Shown here one piece after another: positions 1-12,199 of a stretch of 20,000 bases of DNA. This stretch comes from Asterionella formosa. Its lineage: Eukaryota. The first letter of the stretch is position 1. Each line of letters begins with the position of its first letter. The position numbers and the translations under genes were made by a program. Location: positions 52,157 through 72,156 of the forward strand of contig NKIB01012722.1 of the NCBI GenBank assembly GCA_002256025.1, read 5' to 3'. The notes under the pieces are model-generated. The model saw only the letters and a list, made by a program, of their open reading frames with translations. It did not search any database and was not told the origin of the DNA.

Positions 1-1
1 C

Positions 2-3000
2 AGCACGGCTGTGACGCCAACCACTCAGCGACCCACACCTGTATCTAACAAGCCGGGATCTCCCCTGCCTTTTGTTGCTGGTGCAGTGAATCCTTCTGGA
101 TCTCACATACACAACCACCTCGCCTTTCTACGCGAACCCCGAGACAAACAGGGCCGCGTCATGTCCTCACCGGACTACGACCCGCACACCCTTAAGGTCG
201 ATTTCAATGAACTTACACGACTCGACGGTAAGATTTCACCAGCCCAGCAACAATGGTGGGACATTAAGTCACAGTACTTTGATACGGTCCTCTTGTTCAA
301 GACCGGAAAATTTTACGAAATGTTTCATATGGACGCAGACATTGGCGTCAAAGTCTTGGGCTTCGCGTACATGAAGGGAGCCCAAGCACATGCAGGGTTC
401 CCAGAAGTGGGATATGGAAAGTTCTCTGCCATGCTAGTGCAGGCAGGATACAAGGTGGCGCGCGTAGAGCAGACAGAAACACCCGACATGCTGAAGGAGC
501 GCAAAAAGTCAAAGAAAGCGGGAACCAAGGCCCCGCAAGTAATGAACCGGGAAGTCTGTTCCATCTTAACTGCAGGAACTAGGACCTTTTGTTATATGGA
601 TGACGTGGATGGACTCATGGATGGAAGCAATTATTCCAGTTCTGTTGGGCCATTGTTGGCAATTAAAGAGATTCCCGTGGAAATTAGCTCTCCGCAGGAG
701 GATACCAACGTGCAGCCAGTGTGTGAATATGGCGTGACTATTATTGATGCAGTCCGAGCCACCGTGACCATTGGGCAGTTTGCAGATGATATCCTGCGCT
801 CTCGCATGAATACGCTGCTGGTTCGCTTTCAACCATCCGAGGCGAGTAGTCATATGCGACCTTTCCCCTCGTTTCCCCTTCATTGTCATTCTCACATTTT
901 CCTTTATTTGTTTTTACAGATTTTGGTCGAGGGTGGAGAGAATGGAGCTTCTCTCACCTTGTTATCTTTGATTCAGTCAGCACAAGTCAGTTCCACTTGC
1001 AATGCTCAGGTTGAACGCATTCAGCCTACTTCGACCTTTCCCCAGTCCAACGCAATTGACGCGGCACACCGACAAAAACTTGAACGCAAACGCTCAACAA
1101 TTCATCCCTGGGATGTGCAAGAAACAATCGAAGAGATTCACCGTCGAGGCTACTATCCACGTGCATCTCGTCAACAAGAGGGTCAATTCAGCACGTCGCG
1201 CTGGCCCAGAATCCTTCACATGTGCGTGGAAGGAGAAGCGCAGTTGGCTCTAGCAAGTTTTGGGGCTGCTTTATTTTATTTGCAGCGAAACCTTATCGAC
1301 CAAGAAATTCTGGGAATGGGTGCTGTCCAAGCCTACATTCCTCCTGTCGCTTCGGGGACCGCTCTTGGTCCAAACGGAAGCTTAGATCATATGGCTTATC
1401 AGCAAGAGCAAGGTCTGGACTTTGAACAAGTACCTCCTATGATACCTCATGCACGCGGGCAGGGTGAACCAGACTTTCAGTGTCAATTGAAATTTTCAGA
1501 AGAATGCAACACCAGCCACATGGCTCTGGATGGCACTACGCTTCAAAATCTAGAAATCTTGGCCAACGCAAAAACACATACATCAGCCGGAAGTCTTTGG
1601 TCCAAGATTAATTTCACAAAGACGCCTCACGGGAGTCGAATGTTACGAGCCTGGTTATTGCGTCCTCTCTTTCGAAAAGCGGACATCGAGAGACGCGCTG
1701 ATGCCGTTGAGGAGCTGGTATCTGGGGGAGCAGCTGTTGCCATCTCCGAAGCGCGCAATATATTGGCCAAGGTCGGAGATATTGAGCGTCTATTGTCTCG
1801 TGTTCATAGCATGGGTGGACGAGCAGAAGATTGTGAGCAAGGTCGCGCTCATCCCAATGAACGAGCTGTCTTGTACGAAGGAAAAACTCATACAAAGAGA
1901 AAGGTTGGTGACTTTTCAAAGGTGCTAAACGGGCTCAAGCAAGCATGTCGCATTCCCGAATTGTTCGAAGGAGTAGATGTTCAGAGTGGACTTCTCAAGA
2001 AAATTGTTCGCCCCGTGGATAAAACAGGATGCTTCCCTGATATGGGGAGCGAACTTGATTTCTTCTTCCTGCATTTTGATCTCAAGGCCGCAGCCGAAGG
2101 AAGCTTTGAACCAAGCCGAGGATTCGACGAGTCATACGACGATGCATGTGATGACATCGAGCGCATCGAACGCGAGTTCGACGAGTACAAGAATGAAATG
2201 TGTGACAATCATCTTAGAAATGGGCATGCCGCGAAGTCAAAATGGAAATACATAAACACCCAACCTGAATCCAAAGACAAGTATTTCATTGAGCTTCCTG
2301 CGACAATCAGTGTTCCTGATGACTTCATTGTAAAAGGAAAACGGTAAGTACAACGGCTCACCTTTTGGTGGCATGTGCATGCTTTCCTTTCTCACCGCTA
2401 TGTACTTCGTACACATTTTATGTAGTGGAAATGGGAATAACCAAGTGAACAAGTATCGTACTCGAGTCACTGAAGAAGTAAGTAATTGTAGAATGACCGC
2501 GATTCTGTCATATCTGTGACGCGACAACCTGCTCATCAAATTTCTTAGTTGGTTCAGGAGCTCGAGCATGCCCTCGATGTCCGCAAGGAAGGGAAACAAA
2601 GGGGACTGCAAATGATCTTTGCAAAGTTCGACTCCAAGCGTGACCTATGGGCTGCCGCTGCACAATGTACCGCAATTCTTGATGCACTTGGCTCATTGGC
2701 GCATGCCGCCTCCAAGCCAGGCTTTACTCGACCGACCATTTTGGAGTGCCTCCCAGACGCGAGACCCTGTATTCATATTTCCCAAGGACGCCACCCTTGC
2801 GTCGATATCACACACAGCGGCGGACAATTCATTCCTAACAACTTGACTCTCGGCTCGCTTAGCAAGGGCGACTTTCAGAATCCACGAGTTCTTCTTTTGA
2901 GTGGTCCAAATATGGTACGTTTGGTTAACAGATATCGCGGCCCTTCCTGCAGAATTATTTTCTAATTTTCACTGCCCTAAAGGGAGGAAAAAGTACACTT

Positions 3001-3693
3001 CTTCGTCAAACTTGCTTAATTTCTATTCTTGCTCAGATTGGTTGCTTTGTTCCCGCCGAAGAGTGCGTATTGACCCCTGTAGATCGAATCTTTACACGAC
3101 TCGGAGCCAGCGATCGCATTCTTCTCGGCCAATCCACATTCTTTGTTGAACTGGCTGAGACAGCAAGTGCCCTGCGTGGTGCGACTCGGCGATCGTTGGT
3201 GATAATGGATGAACTTGGTCGAGGAACTTCCACATTTGACGGAACCGCAATCGCCAGTGCATGTGTTCAGCATCTGGTTCACAACAACAAATGCTTGACT
3301 CTCTTTGCTACTCATTATCACTCCCTACTCGAGGAATGGATGGATGACCCTTCTGTTCGACTTGGCCACATGGAATGCTATGTCGAAGGGGGCGTGGACG
3401 ACGACGAGGACCCCAACGATGAAGGCAAAGAGCACAATATTACTTTTTTGTACACGCTTGCCGAGGGAGCTTGTCCAAAGAGTTTTGGAATAAACGTAGC
3501 TAAGCTCGCAGGCCTTCCCGACGAAATTCTCTCCAAAGCAAAGCAAAAGAGTGCTGCCTTCGAACGTCAGATGGTGGCTGGCAAAGTAAACAGTGGTGCA
3601 AGAACCCAGGATGGCTCCCTTGAGACCCAGGTTAAAACCTTGCTTGAGAGAAACGATATGGATGCCCTTAACAAGCTATGGCTGTCGTTGTAG
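2..3693 (+). CDS. MSH6: DNA mismatch repair protein MSH6 (MutS-alpha subunit), 5'-partial; exons <2-841, 920-2343, 2426-2477, 2549-2914, 2983-3693
   Basis: MutS domain I motif [15 protein letters not shown] (Phe-X-Glu), [26 protein letters not shown] and MSH6-like [17 protein letters not shown]. Splicing restores Walker A SGPNM|GGKST. Also [36 protein letters not shown] and [14 protein letters not shown]. All four introns keep the frame. The frame is open from the window start, so the true N-terminus lies upstream. Confidence 0.95.
842..919 (+). other. GC-AG spliceosomal intron (78 nt, in frame, no stop) in MSH6
   Basis: GAG|GCGAGT donor, pyrimidine-rich body and TTTTTACAG|ATT acceptor. Removal gives FQPSE|ILVE and deletes an implausible [26 protein letters not shown] insert. 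The nearby GT at 846 would shift the frame. Confidence 0.85.
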
Positions 3694-3747
3694 GCGTAGA
3701 ACAACTAGAATATGTACGCTGACAAGATACGTAAATGAAGTTAGCAA

Positions 3748-6700
3748 TTAATAATATTGTAAAGCGGCCAGCATACTATTCTTGAACTCTATCTTGGCCT
3801 CTGGTGACATGGACTCGTAAGCCTTCTTGATACCATCGACGATTCCTTGCGTACCGATTCTGGCAGTATTACCTCCAGCAGTCATCACCTGGAACACTTC
3901 TTGAACCACGCAAGACCTCGTGTACTCAACTACCTTTTGCTCAAGGCATTCGTTGTTTTGAGCCATCCAAGATAAGACAATTTTATCGTTATCCCAGAGG
4001 GCCTCAGTCGACCGTGGGTTCTCAAGGAACCACTCTTTAATTAGAGCGCTTGCTTCAATGGGAGTCAATGCTTTTACTCCTCGGCCCACATCAGCAGCAT
4101 CAATTATCTTGCGTCGTAAATCGAACTCTGCGAGCTTTCGTCGAAGTCGCCAAAAGAAGAAGGAGCGAGCGCGACTCCATTCAACTTCTCTCTCGATAAC
4201 TCCGACAGCCTTCATGCGGCCAGGAGTATCGTGGAGCTCACAGAACTGGACAGACAGTTGCTCGTACACAGGAAGAAGAGATCGCTCTCGCTTTGCAATA
4301 CGCTCATTGATCACACCACGCTCCGCCTCATCAGTTTGCTCCTGGAGCTTGGCATCCAATGCAACTAGCTGATCATCTAGTCGATGCATCGTGATGATCA
4401 AATCGCTTCTTCGGTATTTTACACTTGCTGCACCGTTGGCTTCTAGGACTCCCCCTCTTGCCGTTCCCTTGGAGGCATACATTCCCATTACACCAGCATT
4501 GATGGACGCATCCAAGACAACCCATGCTCCGCCACGAATCTCACCAAATGGAGGAATGACTACAAAGACGGGCTGTTGATAAGCAACAAAGGCATCAACA
4601 ATCAAGGCACCATACTTAAGGACCTCATCAAACATATCTCTTTGGCCTCCGCTAAACCCTCGCCAATTGGCAAACACAATCAATGGAAGATCCTCAGTTC
4701 GAAAGTCGTTGATTGCCTGTGCTGTCTTGTAGGCACTATTTGGGAACCATACACATCCGGCTTGTTGGATGACCGCCTCAGACGCCTTGACATCAGCAGG
4801 ATCAGCAGGCTTTATTGCTTCAGCAGTTCGGTTCTCAGTAATAATAACACCCATAGGAATTCCACCAAGTCGAGCCCGTCCAACGACGACAGTTTTGGCC
4901 CACCCCGACAAGCTCTCCGTAAAACTTCCTTTGTCGAAGAAACCACTTTGCCAGACTCCGCGGTCATCATCCCCTCCCGCAATGAGAAATCGAGGGTCAT
5001 AGGGCACACCTGCCACTGGCATAAAATCAATCGCTCTCTCTATTTCATCAATGCCACGGATATCTGATATTGGCAACATACCCCTCCTTGTAGAAGGCAC
5101 GTAAGACAACCAGTCGATAGCTGCCTTCACTGCTCCAAGATGATCATATGCAACTAAGTGTGAAATTCCGTTTGGATACATAATTTGTGGACCACCAAGC
5201 TGATCATTGGTTGAGTAAACATCGACTCCCATCAGCTTATTCAGCGCTTGATAGCCCGTCAAAATGATAGGCGAAGCAGTAGTCCTCTGGATTGTTCGTT
5301 GACCAAGGCGAACAAGATAGGCTCCGATACCTACAGTTCTGCCAAGAACAATAGTCAGAGTGAATATTTCTTGATACGCAGAACTCGTTTCTCCTGCAAT
5401 GAGACCTGACCCCTTCAAGTTCTCAACACCAAGGTCAGGCTCGGAACCAATGATATCAGTAAGTCTGTAAACCTCTTCTCCCTTGTATGTGACCTTTTCG
5501 GCAATAACTTCTTGCTTGTTCATGGTAAGCATTTCGTATATGTCTTTTGTCAAATAGAGAAAATCAAACCCATTCTCAGGCTTCGAGTGGTCTTTGAAAG
5601 CCACTTTGAACGACTTTTTAACTCGTTCAGCAAGCCCAATTCTGGCGCCTGAATTTGCCGCCACGTAAAGGCGGGGGATCTTGTGCTCTCTTGCATATTC
5701 CGACGCAAGCTTGAACACTACATCTTCTCTGGTTCCGAAGCTACCAGCCTTATGAGTGATATCATTCGCGATCAATACAACTTGTCGTCCCTCAGGATAC
5801 TCCCGGGTTTTGAGCACCATCAACCAAGCAACCATCCCAACATCGTTTGCACCAGCTCCACGATTGGTTTGCACCAACTCAAGTTTACCATCAAGATAGT
5901 CTTGCATGGTCCATGGTCCATCTGCACGCTTAAGCTGGACCACTAACTCGGAAGTGTACATAACCATCAAGGGGCGACCAGCCGCACGAATACCACCTTC
6001 AATGCCACCCTTTGTAGCAGTCTCGGTCCATTGCTGTTCGATTGCTGCTTCGAACAAAGCAGGCAAATCGTAACAGTATAGAGTATCTGACGAACTCAGT
6101 GCGTTCATTCGCTGGGCATCAAACGGACGAGTCAAAGGATAAGGTGTATCTACAGGTTGTCCCTCCCATGAGCTGTCACTGCTACTTGCGAGACTTGCTT
6201 TCGTTCCTCCGATCAACTTGAAGACTCTCTCGCCTCCAACAACACTAATAGCTTCGACGTACGTACTCATCACATGGACATAACCCGTCGGATTGCTCGC
6301 AACAAGGCGTAGCGCGATGGGGGGAGAATCCCGGCTCAAACAGCAAACGATTCGAGCTTCCACTTCAGCTATTCCAAGACTGGTGATTCTCTCGCCGTGA
6401 CGCTTCAGAATGTCAACAACAACTTGCTCTACCACCACTGGGTCGAGAACCAATTTGTCGTAATCACTGATCATATTGACGAACAGATGATTATCAGCTT
6501 TGCATTTCAATGCGACGACATCCATGGCATTCAGCGAGTCAACAAGAACTCGTTCAAAACTCGACGACGAGAACTCTAACACATAGCTCAAAGCTCGCAC
6601 GAAGATCCGTGGAGATCTATTGGCTTTCTTATCTTTGCTTAGTGCAGCAGGCTTTGGGGTGGCTTCATACATATGAGCAAAGCATGTAATCGTATGTCTT

Positions 6701-9700
6701 GATCCGACATTTTTAACTCGAAAGTTGGTGGCAATTCTACTGAGGTCAAGATGAAAGACATGACTAGGCTCAATGTGTCGATATAAACTCTCTTCCTTGA
6801 ACTCTGGAGAGCGGTAAGTAAAGAGCGCAGGAGGCGGGAGCTCGTTGATTCCATCTTCAAGGACCTGGTCAAGAGCAAAAGTGACCCTTCGAACGTCCGC
6901 TTGAGAGAGCAAATCATGGTACGGAGTCAAAAGTTTCTGACATCTATCGGCCATTTCGTCCATCATGTTTGCTTCAAGACGAGTACATGCGACCACGATG
7001 TAGAGAACATTGATCGGTCCTGTCCCACATGTTTCTTGAGGGAAGTTCTTCAACACAGTTTCGACTTTCGAAGCGTCGTTCAGATCCTCAATTTTGTCCA
7101 CCAGACAACACACACCTGTTCGCAATGTCATGTGGGGTATATTTTCCTTGTTCGCCGTTTGTAGGAGATTATTTTCAGAATCACTATCTGCTAGGTCGGC
7201 AAGATTACTCAACGAAGCAGAGCTACTAATAATTCGTGTCAAATCAGATGTACTCACAACGGAGGTCCCGCTGCTGAGGGCACTCTCGGAAGGCTTATTC
7301 AAAAAAGAAAACCTTAGAGACCGTGTATCAGGATGCCGTTCGAAATCTTTCAAGGTGTAGGGTCTATAGAGGTTTCGGGTGACAAGTTCCATCCAGGCAA
7401 TTTCCTCTCCAGGCGATGACGCACATTTCAAGAGTGGAAAGATGATGTCTTGCATGGGCAAATGTTCATCCAACAAGCATGCGATGTCACGGTCGGGATG
7501 AGCGTTCGAATCACTGACAAGCTTTAAGGCCGCATCCCAAAACTTAAGTTTTCTATCCTCTATGCTTGGCATGCTGGCTTGAAGAAGTAACTTGCGTGCT
7601 TTTAGAGCAACATTTGAGTAGGCTTCAGTACCCTTCATCGCCCCAATTTCGGAAAGACACGGAAGGGCAGCGGAAAGACTTTCCGCTCCGGTGAGAATAG
7701 ATACCCTTTTCCCAATTGGTGAAGCTGCACTCGTCTTCGAATCAACTCGCGAGCCGTCGCTGACCATGGAAATTACCGTCGCAACAATTGAGGCCGTGAT
7801 TTTTAGGCTGACATGGGCGCGACATATGGCCAGGATGGTTTCGTAGTCACTAGGATGGGACTTCCTGAGATTGTCAACTGCATCAGCGTATGACTTTCCA
7901 TCACAAAACCAACGCTCTACAGCGATCCACCTACGGAGCACACCCAGAAATTCAACCATCGCACGCTCGGACCCAGGTACCCCACTTGCGTGGCTCTTAG
8001 CGTAAGGTATCGTTGCTTCACGGAGAGGCGTTGTAAGAACCTCGAACGCGGTCTGCTCTGCAACACTTGGGAACGACTTGGCACAATCTGCTACAAGTTG
8101 AATGATCTTGTCTGCTGGAAATCTGACGATTTCAATCGAAGAACGAGTTAGATTTGGTCAAAATAAAAATCGCATAGCTCGGGGCAGCTCTAATTGCAAT
8201 AGATCTCACCTAAGTTGAATACCACTTCCAGCGGCACTTTCGCATTCTAATCTGAACTCCTTCAAAATTGCGGTTAGTTGGTCAAACAGACCAGCGGGAA
8301 TTCGGCCGCTGAGAACAGAAAGTTGCTCATCAACTTCATGTATAGGAAGAGTTGGGTTGGTGACAGCAAGCTCTAAATCATGCAATGCTCTGCTGAGCGA
8401 TGCATCGGAAAGGACGAAACCAGCCATTCCGCCTTGTATCTTTTGGATGGCCCCACGAAGCATGAGATGGGGTCGTTTAGGGCTTGACGAGTCAAATTCT
8501 GCACCCCATCCCAATACTTGAAGATCACCACTGAAAACGGTGGCAGGCGAAACATTTTCTGGGTTGTCAAGATCGAGCAAGGCTAGGATGTCACCAGGAG
8601 CAAGAGCAGCACCCTCGTTGACAATCCACGAGACAACTCCAGCCTCCTCGACCTTCAATGGCATGAACATTTTCATCACTTCAATTTCTCCGTAAGGTTC
8701 TCCTTTCTTCACTCTAGCTCCGTCGGCGACAAGCCTCTTGACCAATTTCCCAGCTACGTCTGTTCGAAGGGAGGTTGGATCGTAATCTGGCGAGAACGCG
8801 ACATTTGCACCGCCAACATTTATGCGCATGCCTGTTGCCACATCTCCCTTGCTTGTCAAGTATGCAACGTGACTTTTGCCTCCGATATCAATCAAATAAC
8901 CACCATCACTCAAAAGTCTGACATTAGCGACAATACATTTACTATCTGTTTCCGTTAGTGAGATCGAGAAAATGTTTTTACCGATACGAGTAGCGAACAT
9001 CTTGTACTTAACACCAGAAAGAATGAGCTCCACTTCATTGGTCATTGCCAGCAATGATGGAGGAGGGAGTTGTCCCTTTTCGAGCATAGAAAAGAAGTTT
9101 TTTTCGCCAGCAGCACATTTGTCAAACGCCATTATAGTTGCCCCAATAACAACATACGTGTGATTGTTCAGGGTGTTTATTTTCACGTTGGTGGGTCGGC
9201 TGAGGCGACTCTCGGCGGCTCCGATTCCATCAACATTTTCTTGAATCAAAGCATCCAACCAGGCCGTGTCAATGTCATTGTTCACGAAATCATTCAATTC
9301 GATAAGCTTGGAGATGTAATCAACAGTGGTACTAATGTCACCACGAATAGACAGCTCTTTGAGAGCAAGGACCATATTTCTTCTTGCCTGCTCTCTGTCG
9401 GCACCATTCGCAAAGAGATGCCCGAATTGTGAATCCGCAAATTCGTGGATAGACCCAGAGCTGTCCATACTGAAGTATCCCCAAACATTTGGTGTCGAGC
9501 GGAAATTGATCTCTTGAATACCGCCACTTGTAGGCTTAAAACCAGCTTCAGCATTCTCCGCTGTAATTCTGACCGCAATGCAGTGTCCATGTGGGGGTAC
9601 CCGTTTTGCAGTATCAAAATCAATCAGTGATTTAGGTGAATGGGGTTCTTCTTCAAACCGGTTACGCCCATATAGTTCACGTATTTCAGGAATGCAGTAG

Positions 9701-10964
9701 AGTGGGATGCCCATTGCAACCTGCAGTTGAGCAGCGGGCAAATTTACTTTGGTGATCATTTCGGTCACTGGATGTTCCACTTGCAAACGAGGGTTCAACT
9801 CCAAGAAGTAGAACTTGTGATCTACCGCAGAGTATAGGTATTCGACAGTTCCAGCGTTCGTATATCCCACAGCCTTTGCGAGGGATACAGCGGCCTGCTC
9901 CATCTGGGTCCAGACTTCAGGGTCTGCAGCAATCGGTGGCCCTTCCTCGATGATCTTTTGGTGTCGACGCTGCACGGAGCAATCACGACCATTCAGAGCA
10001 ACTGCGTTGCCGTATTCATCTGCCAGGAGCTGTACTTCAAGATGTCTTGACTTTTTCGATAGTTTCATGATGAAGATTGGACTCCCGGGCACTTCTCCAC
10101 AGACTTGACGATAAGCGGTGAGAACGTTGTCCGGACCATCCACCATTCGGATCCCCTTTCCTCCACCTCCCTCAGATGCTTTAATCATGACAGGGAACCC
10201 AACTCGGGAAGCCGCTTCGACAGCATCAGTCGCATTTGCTATGCTTGCCGCTTCATATGCCTCCGCTGGTAGCGATCCAGTTTCACGGCTGTAGACCGCC
10301 TTGACATGAGCTCCGTTCCAACTAATACATGGCACTCCTGCTGTTTGAGCAATAATCGTACTTCCGATCTTATCGCCAAGGGCTTGCATAGGGGGACCGG
10401 CCGGTCCGACAAACTTGATTGGTGGATTGCTCTGTGCCAGGGTATTGGGCAGCAACGGGTTCTCGCTAGCGTGCCCCCAACCGGCCCAAACGGCATGGAC
10501 ACCGTGCAGTCGCGCAAGTTCGACAATCAACGTGACATTGGCATAGTTATGATTATTTGATCCTCCAGGTACGTCCACAATGACGTCTCCCATTCGGATG
10601 TATTCCGCATTGGCTCTGTTGTTATTATTGTTGGTTAGTTCCATGAAACCCAATTTCAGTCGCATTCTATCCGCCAAAATACTTACCGAAGATCTTCAGG
10701 GGTAGCCATGACTACGAAAGATATAGCGCGTTCATCGCCAAATACTTCATACGCCCACCGACGGATCGACCGAATGCATTTCACCGCTGCAACGCCATTA
10801 TTTGCAATCAAGATTTTCTCGATGACAAAGCCTTGGTCGCCCCCAAGCTCGGAAACGTACGCCGTAACGTCAGCGAATCTACGATGAAACGTAGAGGAGA
10901 CACTGTGCGACATGCGATGCACCTTGTCGCCTTCTTCTGGCAGTCTAGCGTCGACCTCCGCCAT
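3748..10964 (-). CDS. ACC: Homomeric (multidomain) acetyl-CoA carboxylase, probably cytosolic isoform; exons 10964-10687, 10615-8210, 8122-3748 (~2352 aa)
   Basis: Biotin carboxylase domain ([26 protein letters not shown] across intron 1, [43 protein letters not shown]), biotin carrier EIEVMKM, central domain, and carboxyltransferase ([49 protein letters not shown]). GT-AG introns 10686-10616 and 8209-8123 are both phase 2 and keep the frame. The N-terminus [14 protein letters not shown] is acidic with no signal peptide. Confidence 0.96.
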
Positions 10965-12199
10965 GTTCACTGCTAGAAGGGACAAACGGAGAGAAATTGA
11001 GCGATTATGAAACACGATGACAAACTAGAAAACGAGAAACACGTACATACGAAGAGGCACGCACGAGGTACGTAGCAGAGTTCCCGCCGACCCACATCAG
11101 GGTTTCTTTGGATTGTGCTCCTTAATTAATCTTATGTTGTCCTGGGAATTATCAACCTGGACAGAAGAAGAGAGCCCACGCACTTACCAGGATTGCTATC
11201 TCTCTAAACGAATAAATGATGCAGCTTCTATTGAAGTCTCGTTTTCTTTGCACCTCCTGTCCCTGTCTCGTCAGAAACGAGGCAAAGCTGTGCGTTACTC
11301 AACAGGAGTTACCAGTTGATTATTACCTTGCCCAGCAATAGTGAGCCCATATTAGTAATTAATACCGGTTTTTCATAATATTCATAAATGAATGATGCTC
11401 ATATCACTTCATAAATATATGACACACAACATTGTATGTACCCGGTAGCTGACGGTGGAGTTTACCAAGTTAATGTTCAAACACTTTTACGATATTATCT
11501 ACCTGGTATCCAACAATACATATTTATTCATATCCTAAGATATATATATGCATGATGTTTGAAAGGGGAACGTGGGGTTCAAAATTTAGGATGTCAAAGA
11601 CCGCATCATGCAAACAATGACGTAAGCAAGTGCGAACAATGAATTTTGAAACTGTCAATTAAAACTGATTGTTTTCATCAAATTTGGACGGAAAAAGAGA
11701 ACGATTTTGAGTTTGGAGAATATAAAGCAAAGGAGCAGCGCTACACCTGGAAAGCAAAATTTGCTTACTCTAGTACTCTTCTTCCTCTTGCTCACTGGTC
11801 GTTGGGATATGCTTTTTAAGCCATTTGCCCACAATTTGGTATTTCTGCGTTTGGACAAATAAATTACGACTAACCCCTACATAACGACGGTAAGTCACGG
11901 TACAGACGATTTTCAAACAATGAATTACCGGTACTGGTAACAACATTCTCTACGTATGATGAACGTACGGATCTGTCCATTGCCACGTTACCTTAATTTG
12001 CAGGTTGTCTGTCTACCTGGTACATACCAGGGTAGGGAGGGTGCAACAATACAGAACAACCAACCTTGACCTAGACTAGTCTACAAAGGTGTGCGCATTA
12101 GATTAATTGATTTAAATTCTCACCATGTACCAGTATGTACAATAGACTGATACTGGTACTCAGCTGACAAGCCATGAAGGCAAAAATTAAAATTTTGAC

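Noticed and set aside
325..10560. Many 60-160 aa ORFs overlapping MSH6 and ACC on other frames or strands
   Set aside because: Shadow ORFs of long conserved CDSs with no recognisable motifs.
10965..11015. ORF-track N-terminal extension [17 protein letters not shown] as an ACC signal peptide
   Set aside because: It starts at GTG, not ATG, and has a weak hydrophobic core; most likely 5' UTR.
11950..12030. Box C-like ATGATGA near 11957 as another snoRNA
   Set aside because: No CTGA box D, terminal stem or recognisable rRNA guide at a suitable distance.
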